Source of the DNA: an uncultured Prochlorococcus sp. | Lineage (GTDB): Bacteria; Cyanobacteriota; Cyanobacteriia; PCC-6307; Cyanobiaceae | Length of the DNA: 64,000 nucleotides | Direction: 5' to 3' | NCBI GenBank assembly: GCA_902611225.1 | Contig: CACLYZ010000003.1 | Span: 13,115 to 77,114, forward strand | Shown: piece after piece, positions 50,243 to 60,949 of the stretch | Position numbering within the stretch: position 1 is the stretch's first letter | Layout of the letters: every line of letters begins with the position of its first letter | Program-made: the position numbers and the translations under genes | The notes under the pieces: model-generated | Databases searched by the model: none | The model's input: only the letters and a program-made list of their open reading frames with translations | Told to the model about the DNA's origin: nothing

Positions 50243-50569
50243 TTAAGATCCTAATTTAAATGCTTCAAGTATAACAGCATAAATTGCACCAATTCTTAAT
50301 TTATCAACTACGGTCCATAGATAATAAAACTTTGAACTTGCGGCAGGTTTAATTCTTATAATGATTTCAATAAAAAAAATTATTATTGGGACCATTATCA
50401 ACTCATTTTTACCTTCAGATATAAATTTTGTAATAAAATTTGCGAACAAAAAATAACCTGTCAAAACAGAAATTAAACCAATAGATTTTGTTTTCCAAGT
50501 ATCACTTAGAAAACCAAAAAATAAATTATTTAGCTGGTAGGTAATTCTTGAAAAATTAGTTTTTTGCAT
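50243..50569 (-). CDS. ycf20: Ycf20/DUF565 family protein
   Basis: MQKTNF...LRIGAIYAVILEAFKLGS terminus. Confidence 0.85.
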   Translation of the reverse strand: MQKTNFSRITYQLNNLFFGFLSDTWKTKSIGLISVLTGYFLFANFITKFISEGKNELIMVPIIIFFIEIIIRIKPAASSKFYYLWTVVDKLRIGAIYAVILEAFKLGS

Positions 50570-51317
50570 TACTAAAAGACACTAAATAATCACTTAGAAA
50601 GTTATAGTCAACATATGATTTTTTTAGTTTAGGGCCTTTAATAACATTTGCCACATTATTTTCATCACCAAGACTGTCTAAAATACAATCTAATTTAATA
50701 TTTTCCTCAAGAACAATTGGGATATTGGAAGGAACAAAAATTGTAGGCAAGTTAGCTGCCAAGGAAGATTTCAATCCTGGATTGGAGTCTTCAAAAACAA
50801 TTGAGTTGTTTTTGTTTATACCACTTAATTGGATTGCCTTTAAATATGGTAATGGATTTGGTTTCTTTAATTCAACGTCTTCACTTGAAATAATGAACTC
50901 AAAAGGGTTGAAGCCATTAAAAAGATATTCAACAAGTAGATTGACTTGACTTCTTGAACTTGAAGTAACAATAAATTGTCTTACTTTTTTTTTATATAAT
51001 TCATTTATTAATCTAAAAACACCAGTTTTTAAACTAACGCAATTTTTTTTTATAATTTCTAAATAATGAAATTGCTTCGTTTCATGAATTTTGAGAATTA
51101 AATCTTCAGAGAAATCATCATTAATAGATTTAGCGTAATAAGCAATCCTATTTTTGCCCCCATTAATCTTTAGAAGTTTTATATATTTACTAGTATCCCA
51201 ATTCCAATTAATACCAAGGTCATTGAAAGCATTATTAAAAGCAGGTAAATGTGCCTCTAATTCAGTATTTGCGATGGTGCCATCTAAATCCCAATAAACA
51301 CCCTCAAGATACGTCAC
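50556..51317 (-). CDS. HAD-superfamily hydrolase (CbbY-like)
   Basis: WDLDGTIANTE...HLPAFNNAF, KKPNPLPY, FEDSNPG. Confidence 0.88.
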   Translation of the reverse strand: MTYLEGVYWDLDGTIANTELEAHLPAFNNAFNDLGINWNWDTSKYIKLLKINGGKNRIAYYAKSINDDFSEDLILKIHETKQFHYLEIIKKNCVSLKTGVFRLINELYKKKVRQFIVTSSSRSQVNLLVEYLFNGFNPFEFIISSEDVELKKPNPLPYLKAIQLSGINKNNSIVFEDSNPGLKSSLAANLPTIFVPSNIPIVLEENIKLDCILDSLGDENNVANVIKGPKLKKSYVDYNFLSDYLVSFSNAKN

Positions 51318-51332
51318 AAAAAAGAATTTCTT

Positions 51333-51410
51333 TTATTTGCGGTAAAATACAAGAGCAATTATTGCTGGTCCTGCTAACGCAACTACAGCCAAAGGAATAA
51401 GTGTTGCCAT
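51333..51410 (-). CDS. psb30: Photosystem II subunit Psb30/Ycf12 (25 aa)
   Basis: Manual translation MATLIPLAVVALAGPAIIALVFYRK; the LAGPxII signature matches Ycf12. Confidence 0.8.
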   Translation of the reverse strand: MATLIPLAVVALAGPAIIALVFYRK

Positions 51411-51492
51411 GATTAATGAATATGTTTTGTGATACTATTTTTACAAATAAATGACGAAACTGTACTGATACGTTACAAGATTGAATTAAATT

Positions 51493-51840
51493 ATGAAATC
51501 ATGGACATGTATAGAAAATTGTGGAGCTTGTTGTAAATTCGACTTGAACGAAAGAAGTGATTTGGCTGACAAACTTAACAAAGAAGATATAGCTTTGATA
51601 AATTCGATGACTGCTAGAGACGGTTGGTGTAAAAACTTAGACAGAGAAAATAAAAAATGCTTAATTTATGAAACAAGACCACATTTTTGCCGGGTAAAAG
51701 AATTTTCAACTACATTTAAAGGATATTTGAAATCTGGTGACAAATTTTTAATAGATTGCTGCAAACAACATATTTCATCAAATTATGGATACCAAAGTAA
51801 AGAGATGAAAACTTTTAGAATTGCTGTTTCAGGAAAATGA
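51493..51840 (+). CDS. YkgJ-family CxxxCxxCC cysteine-cluster protein
   Basis: CIENCGACC, GWCKNLD, CLIYETRPHFCR. Confidence 0.88.
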   Translation: MKSWTCIENCGACCKFDLNERSDLADKLNKEDIALINSMTARDGWCKNLDRENKKCLIYETRPHFCRVKEFSTTFKGYLKSGDKFLIDCCKQHISSNYGYQSKEMKTFRIAVSGK

Positions 51841-52163
51841 ATAGTAAATTAGAAAAAAAAGAAAACAATTTAGAAAAAAGTTTTTTTTCTATATTTATAA
51901 CGACATTTACAACAATTTTTATTGCTGAACTTGGCGATAAAACACAGATAGCCACATTAATGCTTTCTGCTGAATCGGGCAGACCAATAATTGTTTTTCT
52001 TGGAAGCTCTCTAGCTTTAATAAGCTCAAGCATAGTTGGAGTTCTTATTGGTAAATGGGTATCAAAAAAAATATCTCCTAGAAAGTTTGCTTTATCTACT
52101 GGTGCTTTAATGATATTGATAAGTATATTTTTAGCTTATGAAACTTTCAAAAATTATTTATAA
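51837..52163 (+). CDS. Half-size UPF0016/GDT1 (TMEM165) Mn2+/Ca2+ transporter subunit
   Basis: FIAELGDKTQIAT (ExGDKT) motif, 3 TM segments. Confidence 0.9.
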   Translation: MNSKLEKKENNLEKSFFSIFITTFTTIFIAELGDKTQIATLMLSAESGRPIIVFLGSSLALISSSIVGVLIGKWVSKKISPRKFALSTGALMILISIFLAYETFKNYL

Positions 52164-52475
52164 ATGGTTTTAAGTTTATTACTATCAACATTTCTAACCG
52201 TTTTCATAGCTGAATTAGGTGACAAAACTCAACTAGCTACTTTAACTATAAGCGGCACTTCAAATAAACCATTAGCAGTTTTTCTGGGATCTTCTTCAGC
52301 ACTTGTTTTTGCAAGTTTACTAGGAGCTTTGACAGGCGGCTCTATTTCTAGTTTTCTACCCGAAGTAGTTCTTAAGTCAATAGCCTCAATTACATTTTTT
52401 ATCATCGGTATAAGGCTTTTTATCAACTCTTTCTTCATCGAAAAAGAAGAAAAAGAAGAGAAAGAAAATAATTAG
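52164..52475 (+). CDS. Half-size UPF0016/GDT1 (TMEM165) Mn2+/Ca2+ transporter subunit
   Basis: FIAELGDKTQLAT motif, 3 TM segments. Confidence 0.9.
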   Translation: MVLSLLLSTFLTVFIAELGDKTQLATLTISGTSNKPLAVFLGSSSALVFASLLGALTGGSISSFLPEVVLKSIASITFFIIGIRLFINSFFIEKEEKEEKENN

Positions 52476-52547
52476 TTTTAAGCTTGGATAATAAGGTGTA
52501 ATAATGAAGTGTATACACCTAAATTAATTCATAATTTCATTTTGATC

Positions 52548-54770
52548 ATGTTCACATCATCCTCAATAATTGATAATCTTTATCAGTCAGAAGGGTTAGA
52601 GTATAAAAAGTTATGCAGATTGTTAAAAATAACAAAGAAATCTGATAAGGATAAATTAGATATTGCTTTAACAGCTTTAGAAAAACTTGAAATAATTAAT
52701 AAAAATGAAGATGATGAATATACCTGCATAAAAGATAGTGATCATCTTGTCGCCAAAATAAGATGTAGTAGCAAAGGTTATTGCTTTGCTGTAAGAGGAA
52801 AAGACAAAGAAGATATCTACATTAAAGAAAATCTTCTTAACTATGCATGGAATGGAGATAAAGTTTTAGTAAGGATAATAAAAGAAGGTTATAGAAGAAG
52901 ATCACCTGAGGGTATAGTTGATTGTATTCTTGAAAGATCAAATCAAATACTTCTTTCTAAGGTTGAATTAATAAACAATGATATATATGCAATTCCAATA
53001 GACGATAGGATCCTTTCTAAAATTAAACTTCCAAAAGAGAATAAAAAATACACTTTCAATCCAGACAATAAGAATATAGTAAAAGTTGAGATTGACAGAT
53101 TTCCCATAGGTCAAGAAGAGGGACTAGGTCATGTGATACAAGAACTAAAACTAAATAATAATGAGGATTATGATACAGACTTTGTTTTAGCTAAGAGCAA
53201 TATCGCCAAATCATACAATTTAAATCATATTGAATCAAAAAAAATTGAAAAAAGGGAGAGGATAGACCTTTCAGATAAAAATTCTTATTTATTCAAAAGT
53301 TGGAATTCTAATAATTCTCCAATGCTCCCAATGATTCAAATAGAGCAGGGAAAAAATAAAAGTACTAAATTGTGGATACATACAACTAATATTGCAGAAA
53401 GAGTAGATCTAAATAGTAAAAAATCTCTAGAAATATTATTAAAAGGTTTTGAATCATTACCCTTATTAAATGATTGGGAAAACTACCTTAGTGAAGCCAT
53501 AAGAATTGATTCTGAATTTAAATTTGGTGAAAAGAATGAAGCGATAAGCCTCTGTGTGCTTTTAAATAGTGATAATGAAATAGTTGACTGGTCTTTTCAT
53601 CTTACCTTAGTAAAGTGCTCTCTTATCGTTAAAAGTGATCATACTGACGCGCTTCTATCTAGAAAAAGTAAATCAAGAATTACCTCCCGAGTATTAAAAC
53701 CTATAAAGGAATACATTGAAGATTTAGATAAAATACTTGAAATTTCTTGTTCATTCAGAGAAAACCATCTTTTGGAGGGTAAGGTTGAAATTCCTGCACC
53801 ACTTAATAAAATTGAGTCACTTGAAGAATTTTTTATTCACAATCCAGCTGAATATTCAAAAGGATATTTTGAATCATTAAACAAAGAAGATTGTCAAACT
53901 TTTCTTTCACCAATACTATATGAGGCTAATTTAATATGGTTCAAACATTCAAATAAATATGGCTTAAAAAGTGCAGGTTTCATCTCAAAGGGAATAGATT
54001 ACGTTAATGCAAATGAAATCATCAAATATTCAGAATTTATTGATAATGATATAGAGCTTAATGAGGATGGCAATTTGACATTTAGTGAAGTAATTAAATT
54101 ATGTGGCGATGACAATAAAAAAAGAATCTTACATAAACTTCTAATTAATGAATTTAAGGACAACGAAATAAGGTTGATATCTAAAAATCCTGATAATGAT
54201 GAATCAGAAAAATTATTTATTTCTCCATGGACAATTCCTGGGTTTGACTTCACTAATCTTATAAACCAGTACTGTATTTTTAATATGATAATTAATGGTA
54301 GGAAATCAAAGAAAAATAATATTAATGCAATCAATATATCGGAAAGTAATTCATTAGACTTAGTAAATTGGGATATATTTAATTCATCAATTTCAAAGAA
54401 TCTAGAAACATTATTTAATAAGTTTGTAATAGATAAACAGAATGAATTCAAGTACAAAGTTAACCAATATAAATCTAATATGATAAGTATAAAAAAAGTA
54501 AGAAAAGCTGAAAAATTACTAGGTAATATTTATAGTGGATTTATATTATCAGTGCAAACATATGGTTTCTTTGTTGAGATATCAGAACTAAATGTAGAGG
54601 GTTTAGTACACGTCAGCACTCTTAATAATGATTGGTATGAATATAGATCAAGGCAAAATCTTTTGATTGGAAGAAAATCTAAAAAATCATATAAAGTTGG
54701 AGATCCAATAGAAGTAAAAATAATAAAAGTCGATATTCTTAAATATCAGATTGATTTAGAATTAACATAA
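52548..54770 (+). CDS. RNase R-like protein (Zam-like; CSDs, degenerate RNB, S1)
   Basis: KGYCFA...EDIYI...AWNGDKVLVR...PEG (CSD); YGFFVEI...EGLVHVS (S1); ATG 52548 preferred over GTG 52509. Confidence 0.85.
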   Translation: MFTSSSIIDNLYQSEGLEYKKLCRLLKITKKSDKDKLDIALTALEKLEIINKNEDDEYTCIKDSDHLVAKIRCSSKGYCFAVRGKDKEDIYIKENLLNYAWNGDKVLVRIIKEGYRRRSPEGIVDCILERSNQILLSKVELINNDIYAIPIDDRILSKIKLPKENKKYTFNPDNKNIVKVEIDRFPIGQEEGLGHVIQELKLNNNEDYDTDFVLAKSNIAKSYNLNHIESKKIEKRERIDLSDKNSYLFKSWNSNNSPMLPMIQIEQGKNKSTKLWIHTTNIAERVDLNSKKSLEILLKGFESLPLLNDWENYLSEAIRIDSEFKFGEKNEAISLCVLLNSDNEIVDWSFHLTLVKCSLIVKSDHTDALLSRKSKSRITSRVLKPIKEYIEDLDKILEISCSFRENHLLEGKVEIPAPLNKIESLEEFFIHNPAEYSKGYFESLNKEDCQTFLSPILYEANLIWFKHSNKYGLKSAGFISKGIDYVNANEIIKYSEFIDNDIELNEDGNLTFSEVIKLCGDDNKKRILHKLLINEFKDNEIRLISKNPDNDESEKLFISPWTIPGFDFTNLINQYCIFNMIINGRKSKKNNINAINISESNSLDLVNWDIFNSSISKNLETLFNKFVIDKQNEFKYKVNQYKSNMISIKKVRKAEKLLGNIYSGFILSVQTYGFFVEISELNVEGLVHVSTLNNDWYEYRSRQNLLIGRKSKKSYKVGDPIEVKIIKVDILKYQIDLELT

Positions 54771-54837
54771 ATATTTTTTCAAAAATTATATTATGAAAAT
54801 ATTAACCAAAAAAATTTAAGATAACTTTATTAGAAAT

Positions 54838-55281
54838 ATGTTGAAGAAAAAATATTTATTATTAACTCTTTTTTTACTAATAATTATTCAAATTTTATTA
54901 TATACAAATAATAATCAGAAGACTTCATTTAGATACTTTAAATGGACTCTCCAAGAAGTAAGTATAGGTAAGTTAATCAGTATTTCATTTTTTTCAGGTT
55001 TATTTGTAAGCACTTTATTGAATAAAACAATAACTAGTACTAGTTCCAGAAAAAAAACTTTCGAAAATGTGGAAGATGATTTTGTATCTAATAATAATGA
55101 GGAAGAAATGGAACCAAACGTTGAGATGCCGCCACAAAGGGATATTAGAGAAACTCAACCAACGATTTCGGTTAATTACAGAGTAGTCAAAAATATGAAT
55201 GATAATAATTTTAAAAAAGATCAAAGTTATTCAAATCAGGATATTAAAGATGACTGGGATAGTGCTGATAATGATTGGTAG
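54838..55281 (+). CDS. Hypothetical membrane protein (LapA-like TM pair plus acidic tail)
   Basis: Two N-terminal TM segments; PPQRDIRETQPTISVNYRV motif. Confidence 0.7.
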   Translation: MLKKKYLLLTLFLLIIIQILLYTNNNQKTSFRYFKWTLQEVSIGKLISISFFSGLFVSTLLNKTITSTSSRKKTFENVEDDFVSNNNEEEMEPNVEMPPQRDIRETQPTISVNYRVVKNMNDNNFKKDQSYSNQDIKDDWDSADNDW

Positions 55282-55338
55282 AAAAAAATTAATTAAAAAA
55301 TGTTTTTTTAATTTATAATGGAATAAATAGTTTTTTTT

Positions 55339-55905
55339 ATGGAAGAAAATTTAGACAAAAATAATGAAGTTAATAAAGAAATATCTGACAACACTACTAA
55401 ATCAAACTCTGAAGAAATAAAAGAACCTAAATCAGAAAAAGTTATCAACATGGATACAAATAATGGTGATTCTGCTACTAAAGTTGTTATAAAAAATGAA
55501 ATTAATACTCCTGAAAAACCTATAACAAAAACAAAAAAAGAACTCCCAGTAGAGAAAAAGCCTTTCCAAGAATTTATTAACATGCACCTAATTCCTTCAT
55601 TTACTGAGGAAATTAATCAAAGAGGATTAGAAATAAACAATATTAACCTCACTAAAACAAATAGACCTATTGCTGGAGATAAATGTTGGGTAATAAATTG
55701 TGAAATTAAAGATACATGTAACTTTTGGTTATCCTTCGAGAAGGATGACATTAGTTCATTAAAAAGTATTTCTTTATCAAAACCTAATCAACAACCAAGT
55801 ATTATTGAATCCTTTCTTATTGACGAAAAAAGAATTACACTAAAATTAATAATTTCAAGAGTACTTCAAAGATTGAATGGGCAAAAGTTAATAGGAGTTA
55901 ATTAG
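55339..55905 (+). CDS. DUF2996-like protein
   Basis: EKKPFQEFI...IESFLIDEKRITLKLIISRVLQRLNGQKL. Confidence 0.8.
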   Translation: MEENLDKNNEVNKEISDNTTKSNSEEIKEPKSEKVINMDTNNGDSATKVVIKNEINTPEKPITKTKKELPVEKKPFQEFINMHLIPSFTEEINQRGLEINNINLTKTNRPIAGDKCWVINCEIKDTCNFWLSFEKDDISSLKSISLSKPNQQPSIIESFLIDEKRITLKLIISRVLQRLNGQKLIGVN

Positions 55906-55984
55906 AAAACAATAACACCAAGTTAACTTTTCCCTCGAAAATACAAATCATAGTAAATAATAGTATTAATAAACCGAATAAAAA

Positions 55985-57157
55985 ATGGCTCAATCAACTG
56001 TTGAATCAAAAAATAAAAAAGATATTAATAATGGAAAGATACCTGCAAAAGAAACAATTTTGTCCCCAAGATTCTATACAACAGACTTTGAGGCTATGGA
56101 AAATATGGATTTATCAATAAACGAGGAGGAATTGGAAGCTATTTGTGAGGAATTTAGGAAAGATTACAATAGACATCATTTTGTAAGAAATAGTGAATTT
56201 GAAGGCGCTGCAGAAAAATTAGATCCTGAGACAAGAGAGCTTTTTGTTGATTTTCTGGAGGGAAGTTGTACATCAGAATTTTCAGGTTTTTTACTTTACA
56301 AGGAACTTAGTAAGAGAATTAAAGTAAAAAACCCTCTACTTGCTGAATGTTTTGCTCATATGGCCAGAGATGAAGCAAGACATGCAGGTTTTTTAAATAA
56401 ATCAATGAGTGACTTTGGACTTCAGTTAGATTTAGGTTTTTTAACAGCAAATAAAGATTACACTTATTTCCCTCCAAGAAGTATTTTTTTCGCTACTTAT
56501 TTATCCGAAAAAATAGGTTATTGGAGATACATAGCAATTTATAGGCATCTCGAAAAGAACCCTGATAGCAAAATTTTTCCACTATTTAACTACTTTGAAA
56601 ATTGGTGTCAAGATGAAAATAGACATGGGGATTTCTTTGACGCATTAATGAAAGCACAGCCACGTACTGTTAAATCATTAAGCACAAAAATTACAATTGG
56701 CGGCTCTACTTTTACACACCCATTATTCGACTACTTCCATAGGTTTAGATATTTCTTGAATAATCTTCCATTAACATCCAAGTTATGGTCAAGGTTCTTT
56801 CTATTAGCTGTATTTGCAACTATGTATGCAAGGGATTTGGGAATTAAAAAAGATTTCTACAGTTCTTTAGGTTTAGATGCCAGAGATTATGACCAGTTTG
56901 TTATTAATAAAACAAATGAAACTGCAGCTAGAGTTTTCCCTGTAGTAATGGACGTTTATGATAAATCTTTTTATGGAAGATTAGATAAAATAGTAGAGAA
57001 TAATAAGGTTCTTTCTAATATTGCAAACAGTGATGGAAATAAAGTATCTAAAACTTTTAAAAAATTACCTAAATATTTATCAAACGGTTACCAGTTATTA
57101 AGACTATACTTATTAAAACCTCTCGATAGCAAAGATTTTCAACCTTCGATTAGATAA
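55985..57157 (+). CDS. acsF: Mg-protoporphyrin IX monomethyl ester oxidative cyclase
   Basis: [34 protein letters not shown] diiron motifs. Confidence 0.97.
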   Translation: MAQSTVESKNKKDINNGKIPAKETILSPRFYTTDFEAMENMDLSINEEELEAICEEFRKDYNRHHFVRNSEFEGAAEKLDPETRELFVDFLEGSCTSEFSGFLLYKELSKRIKVKNPLLAECFAHMARDEARHAGFLNKSMSDFGLQLDLGFLTANKDYTYFPPRSIFFATYLSEKIGYWRYIAIYRHLEKNPDSKIFPLFNYFENWCQDENRHGDFFDALMKAQPRTVKSLSTKITIGGSTFTHPLFDYFHRFRYFLNNLPLTSKLWSRFFLLAVFATMYARDLGIKKDFYSSLGLDARDYDQFVINKTNETAARVFPVVMDVYDKSFYGRLDKIVENNKVLSNIANSDGNKVSKTFKKLPKYLSNGYQLLRLYLLKPLDSKDFQPSIR

Positions 57158-57188
57158 TCTTTAATACAGAGAAGATTTATAGACTCAT

Positions 57189-58610
57189 ATGCTTTCGTCA
57201 CAAATCAAATCAAATGAAATCGTTTTTGGTAGTTGCAATAAAGATTTATTAGAAGAAATTATTTTCTACGGAATTGGACTTGGTGCTGATTTTGTAGAAA
57301 TATTTATAGAGAATACTGATAACTCAAGCGTTTTAGCTGAAGAAGATTTTATTACAAGTGTAAGTCCATCATTTGGAAGGGGAGCTGGCATTAGAATCTT
57401 CAAGGGGAAAAAGGATGGATTTGTAAGTACAAATGATTTAACAAAGCATGGCTTGATGAGATCGGTATCTCAGGCTATTGAGATGTTAGACATAACAGAT
57501 AACAAAAGAGAAGTATTTAACGGTTTAAATAAACATAGGGACTATAGTTTATATAAGAAAAAATGGATTAATGAAGTACCATCTATTAATGAGATAAGTG
57601 AAAAACTACTAGTCAGCACAAAGTCTTTAAAAAAAAATAATAAAATATTAACTAGAAAAGGAAGTTACTCAAGAAATCTTCAAGAAGTAATCATAGCCTC
57701 CAGTGACGGAACCTATGTCTCAGATATTAGATTGCATCAAACAGTTGGACTCAACGTAATTGCAAGTGATGCCCAATATAGATCTAGTGGAAGTAGAAGA
57801 TTTGGATCGTCAGGAATGCCTAATGAATTCAGATTATGGGATCACGAAAAAGCAGCTAATGATGTGTTTGAAAGTTCAATGAACATGTTGTATGCAGATT
57901 ATGTTGATGCAGGACAAATGCCTGTTATATTAGCTAATAAATTTGGTGGCGTTATATTCCATGAAGCCTGCGGTCATTTACTTGAAACTACTCAAATAGA
58001 GAGAGGAACAACACCATTTGAGAATAAATTGAATGAAAAAATTGCACATGAATCTGTAACAGCAATAGATGAAGGGATTTCAGAAGGATCCTTCGGTTCA
58101 TTATCAGTAGATGATGAAGGTATGGAACCTGAGAAATCAGTTCTTATAAAAGATGGAATTTTAAAAAAATTCATATCCGACAGGGCAGGTGAATTGAGAA
58201 CTGGCCATAAAAGAACAGGAAGTGGAAGAAGACAAAATTATTCTTTTGCTGCAGCTTCAAGAATGAGAAATACATATATAGCTAATGGTGAACACTCGAA
58301 AGAGGATTTAATCAGTAGTATTAGTGAAGGTCTTTACTGCAAATCAATGGGTGGTGGCAGTGTAGGTGCTACAGGACAATTTAATTTTGCGGTTGAAGAA
58401 GGATATCTTATTAAAAATGGAAAATTAACAAGTCCAGTAAAGGGAGCAACATTAATCGGTGAGGCCAAAGAAGTTATGCCAAAAATATCAATGTGCGGAA
58501 ATGATCTCGAATTGGCTCCTGGATTCTGTGGATCCATTAGTGGAAGTGTCAACGTAACTGTTGGTCAACCTCATATTAAGGTTGATTCAATCACAGTTGG
58601 TGGAAGATAG
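57189..58610 (+). CDS. tldD: TldD metalloprotease subunit
   Basis: FHEACGHLLE, DDEG, RMRNT, CGS...VGQPH. Confidence 0.93.
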   Translation: MLSSQIKSNEIVFGSCNKDLLEEIIFYGIGLGADFVEIFIENTDNSSVLAEEDFITSVSPSFGRGAGIRIFKGKKDGFVSTNDLTKHGLMRSVSQAIEMLDITDNKREVFNGLNKHRDYSLYKKKWINEVPSINEISEKLLVSTKSLKKNNKILTRKGSYSRNLQEVIIASSDGTYVSDIRLHQTVGLNVIASDAQYRSSGSRRFGSSGMPNEFRLWDHEKAANDVFESSMNMLYADYVDAGQMPVILANKFGGVIFHEACGHLLETTQIERGTTPFENKLNEKIAHESVTAIDEGISEGSFGSLSVDDEGMEPEKSVLIKDGILKKFISDRAGELRTGHKRTGSGRRQNYSFAAASRMRNTYIANGEHSKEDLISSISEGLYCKSMGGGSVGATGQFNFAVEEGYLIKNGKLTSPVKGATLIGEAKEVMPKISMCGNDLELAPGFCGSISGSVNVTVGQPHIKVDSITVGGR

Positions 58611-58613
58611 AAT

Positions 58614-59966
58614 ATGAATTCAAAAGAAATCACAACTCAAATCTCCAAAGCTGCAGATTTCCTAAATCTTAAAAAATGGGATTATGGAGCAAGCTTTTCT
58701 AATGATTATTCTGTTCAAGTAGATAAAGGAGAGGCTAAACAACTTAAGGCATCACAAAAGCAAATTTTAACTATAAGAGTTTGGAATCAATCTAATCTAG
58801 TTGGTATTACTACAACAAGTGATATTAGTGAATCTGGTATTAAAAAAGCTCTTAAGCAAGCAAATATAGCTTCTGATTTCGGCAATAAGAATGAAACTAC
58901 AGAATTTTCACCGCTAGCGAATGATCCTATTAAAGTTAAGGAAGTTAAAAAAAGAAATCCTGTTGGAATAAAAAAATTACTTACAGTTTTAAGAGAAGCG
59001 GAAGTAAAACTATTAGAAAGTCATGAATCCATAAAATCTGTTCCATATAATGGTTTATCTGAGAGTTTCTTTGAAAGAGTTTATGCAAATAGTGAGGGTG
59101 CCTTTCGAAGTTATTCCAAAAGTCAAGCAGCACTATATTTATATGCAAGAGCAGAAGAGAAAAATAAGAAGCCTCGTAGTTCAGGTTCCGTAAAACTTGG
59201 ATATGGAGCTGATGATATAGATATAGAGTCGTGTATTAAAGAGGCTTCAAATAAAACAATTTCTCATTTAAATTATTCATCTATTAAAACTGATAAATAT
59301 TTAATATGTTTTTCCCCAGAGTCTTTTTTAACCATCATTAACGCCTTTAGCTCAATGTTTAATGCTAGAAGCATCATAGATGGAGTGAGCTTATCTAATA
59401 AAAATTCAATCGGAGAGAAACTATCTACAGAAGCACTTAATATTTATGATGATGGCCTTCACGAAAAGAATATTTCTTCAACACCATTTGATGGAGAGGG
59501 AACCCCAACCAAAAGACTATGTCTGATTAAAAGAGGGAGAATTGAAAATTTTATACATTCTGAATCAACTGCAAGAATATTTAAAACGACTCCCACTGGC
59601 CACGCTGGACTAGGATCAAAAGTCTCAGTATCTCCTGATTGGATCGTAGTTGAAAAATCAGATGAAAACTTTGATCTAAAAACATCACTAGATCACTCTA
59701 CTTATGAGGGAGAATTTGTTTATATAGAAGAGTTAAATGCAATCCATGCAGGTGTCAGAGCAAGTCAAGGTTCATTTTCTCTTCCATTTGATGGATGGCT
59801 CTACAAAAACGGAAAAAAAATCTCAATAGAATCTGCCACTGTAGCAGGGGATATCAAATATCTTTTAAAAAATATAGTAAATATTGAATCAAGCCAGGAG
59901 GTAACAACAAGTGGGATTTCTCCACATATATGGGTAGATGAATTATCAATAACTGGTGACGCGTGA
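58614..59966 (+). CDS. pmbA: PmbA/TldE protein
   Basis: PFDGEG, TGHAG, GSFSLP; follows tldD and lacks HExxH. Confidence 0.9.
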   Translation: MNSKEITTQISKAADFLNLKKWDYGASFSNDYSVQVDKGEAKQLKASQKQILTIRVWNQSNLVGITTTSDISESGIKKALKQANIASDFGNKNETTEFSPLANDPIKVKEVKKRNPVGIKKLLTVLREAEVKLLESHESIKSVPYNGLSESFFERVYANSEGAFRSYSKSQAALYLYARAEEKNKKPRSSGSVKLGYGADDIDIESCIKEASNKTISHLNYSSIKTDKYLICFSPESFLTIINAFSSMFNARSIIDGVSLSNKNSIGEKLSTEALNIYDDGLHEKNISSTPFDGEGTPTKRLCLIKRGRIENFIHSESTARIFKTTPTGHAGLGSKVSVSPDWIVVEKSDENFDLKTSLDHSTYEGEFVYIEELNAIHAGVRASQGSFSLPFDGWLYKNGKKISIESATVAGDIKYLLKNIVNIESSQEVTTSGISPHIWVDELSITGDA

Positions 59967-60949
59967 GAATTATATTCTGGGGAACACCTGAATATTCAAT
60001 TCCTAGTCTTGATATTTTTATTAAATCTAAGCACGAGGTAATTGCAGTAGTTAGCCAACCGGATAAGAAGAGATCTAGAGGAAATAAATTAATAGCCTCA
60101 CCTGTAAAAAACATTGCTAAGCAAGAATCTATAAAAATTTATACTCCAGAAAAAATCAGGGGCAATATAGATTTTATAAATGAACTTAAATCACTCTCTT
60201 GTGATTTATTTATTGTTATAGCTTACGGGAAAATTTTACCCAAAGAGATATTGGAAATCCCAAAGGTTGGTTGTTGGAACGCACATGCTTCATTACTTCC
60301 AAGATGGCGTGGTGCCGCCCCAATTCAATGGTCCCTAATAAAAGGCGATGAATTTACTGGTGTAGGAATTATGAAAATGAATGAGGGACTAGATACTGGC
60401 GACATATTGTTGGAAGAAAAAATTAAAATTAGTAATAACGATAATTTAAATACACTATCTGAAAAACTTAGTATTTTATCGGCAAAATTATTTTTAAAAG
60501 CTACATCTATAATCGAAGAAAATATTAATAAAAATAATAATTCTCAATTAACAAAACAAAATACCCTTGGAAGAGAAATTACTTATGCAAGAATGATTGA
60601 AAAATCAGACTTTAAAGTTGATTGGAGTAATGAGGCAATTAAAATTTCTCAAAAAATAAAAGCATTATACCCGCGAGCAAATACAACTTTTAGAGGTAAG
60701 AACCTAAAAATACTTAAAATCAAAGTTTTGAGTATTGATTTAATTAAAAATGAAAAATACCTTTTCATGAGCAATAATTCTAGACCAGGTATTATTCTTG
60801 CTGTTATAGAAAATGAAGGAATAATAATTTCAACTAAAACTGATCCGATTATTTTGTTAGAAGCAAAACTTGAGGGAAAAAACGTTTCTAGCAAAAATCA
60901 ATTAATACAACAGTTAAAGCCATCAGTAGGTGAATATCTCTCAGATTAA
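59963..60949 (+). CDS. fmt: Methionyl-tRNA formyltransferase
   Basis: IIFWGTPEY, SQPDK, HASLLPRWRGAAPIQ, GLDTGD. Confidence 0.96.
   Translation: MRIIFWGTPEYSIPSLDIFIKSKHEVIAVVSQPDKKRSRGNKLIASPVKNIAKQESIKIYTPEKIRGNIDFINELKSLSCDLFIVIAYGKILPKEILEIPKVGCWNAHASLLPRWRGAAPIQWSLIKGDEFTGVGIMKMNEGLDTGDILLEEKIKISNNDNLNTLSEKLSILSAKLFLKATSIIEENINKNNNSQLTKQNTLGREITYARMIEKSDFKVDWSNEAIKISQKIKALYPRANTTFRGKNLKILKIKVLSIDLIKNEKYLFMSNNSRPGIILAVIENEGIIISTKTDPIILLEAKLEGKNVSSKNQLIQQLKPSVGEYLSD

Noticed and set aside
51461-51477. NtcA-like palindrome TGTA-N9-TACA in the psb30/YkgJ gap
   Set aside because: Spacing is one base longer than GTA-N8-TAC and there is no other support
57189-59966. tldD/pmbA as part of a RiPP cluster
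   Set aside because: Core context (acsF, fmt); no precursor peptide or modifying enzymes nearby
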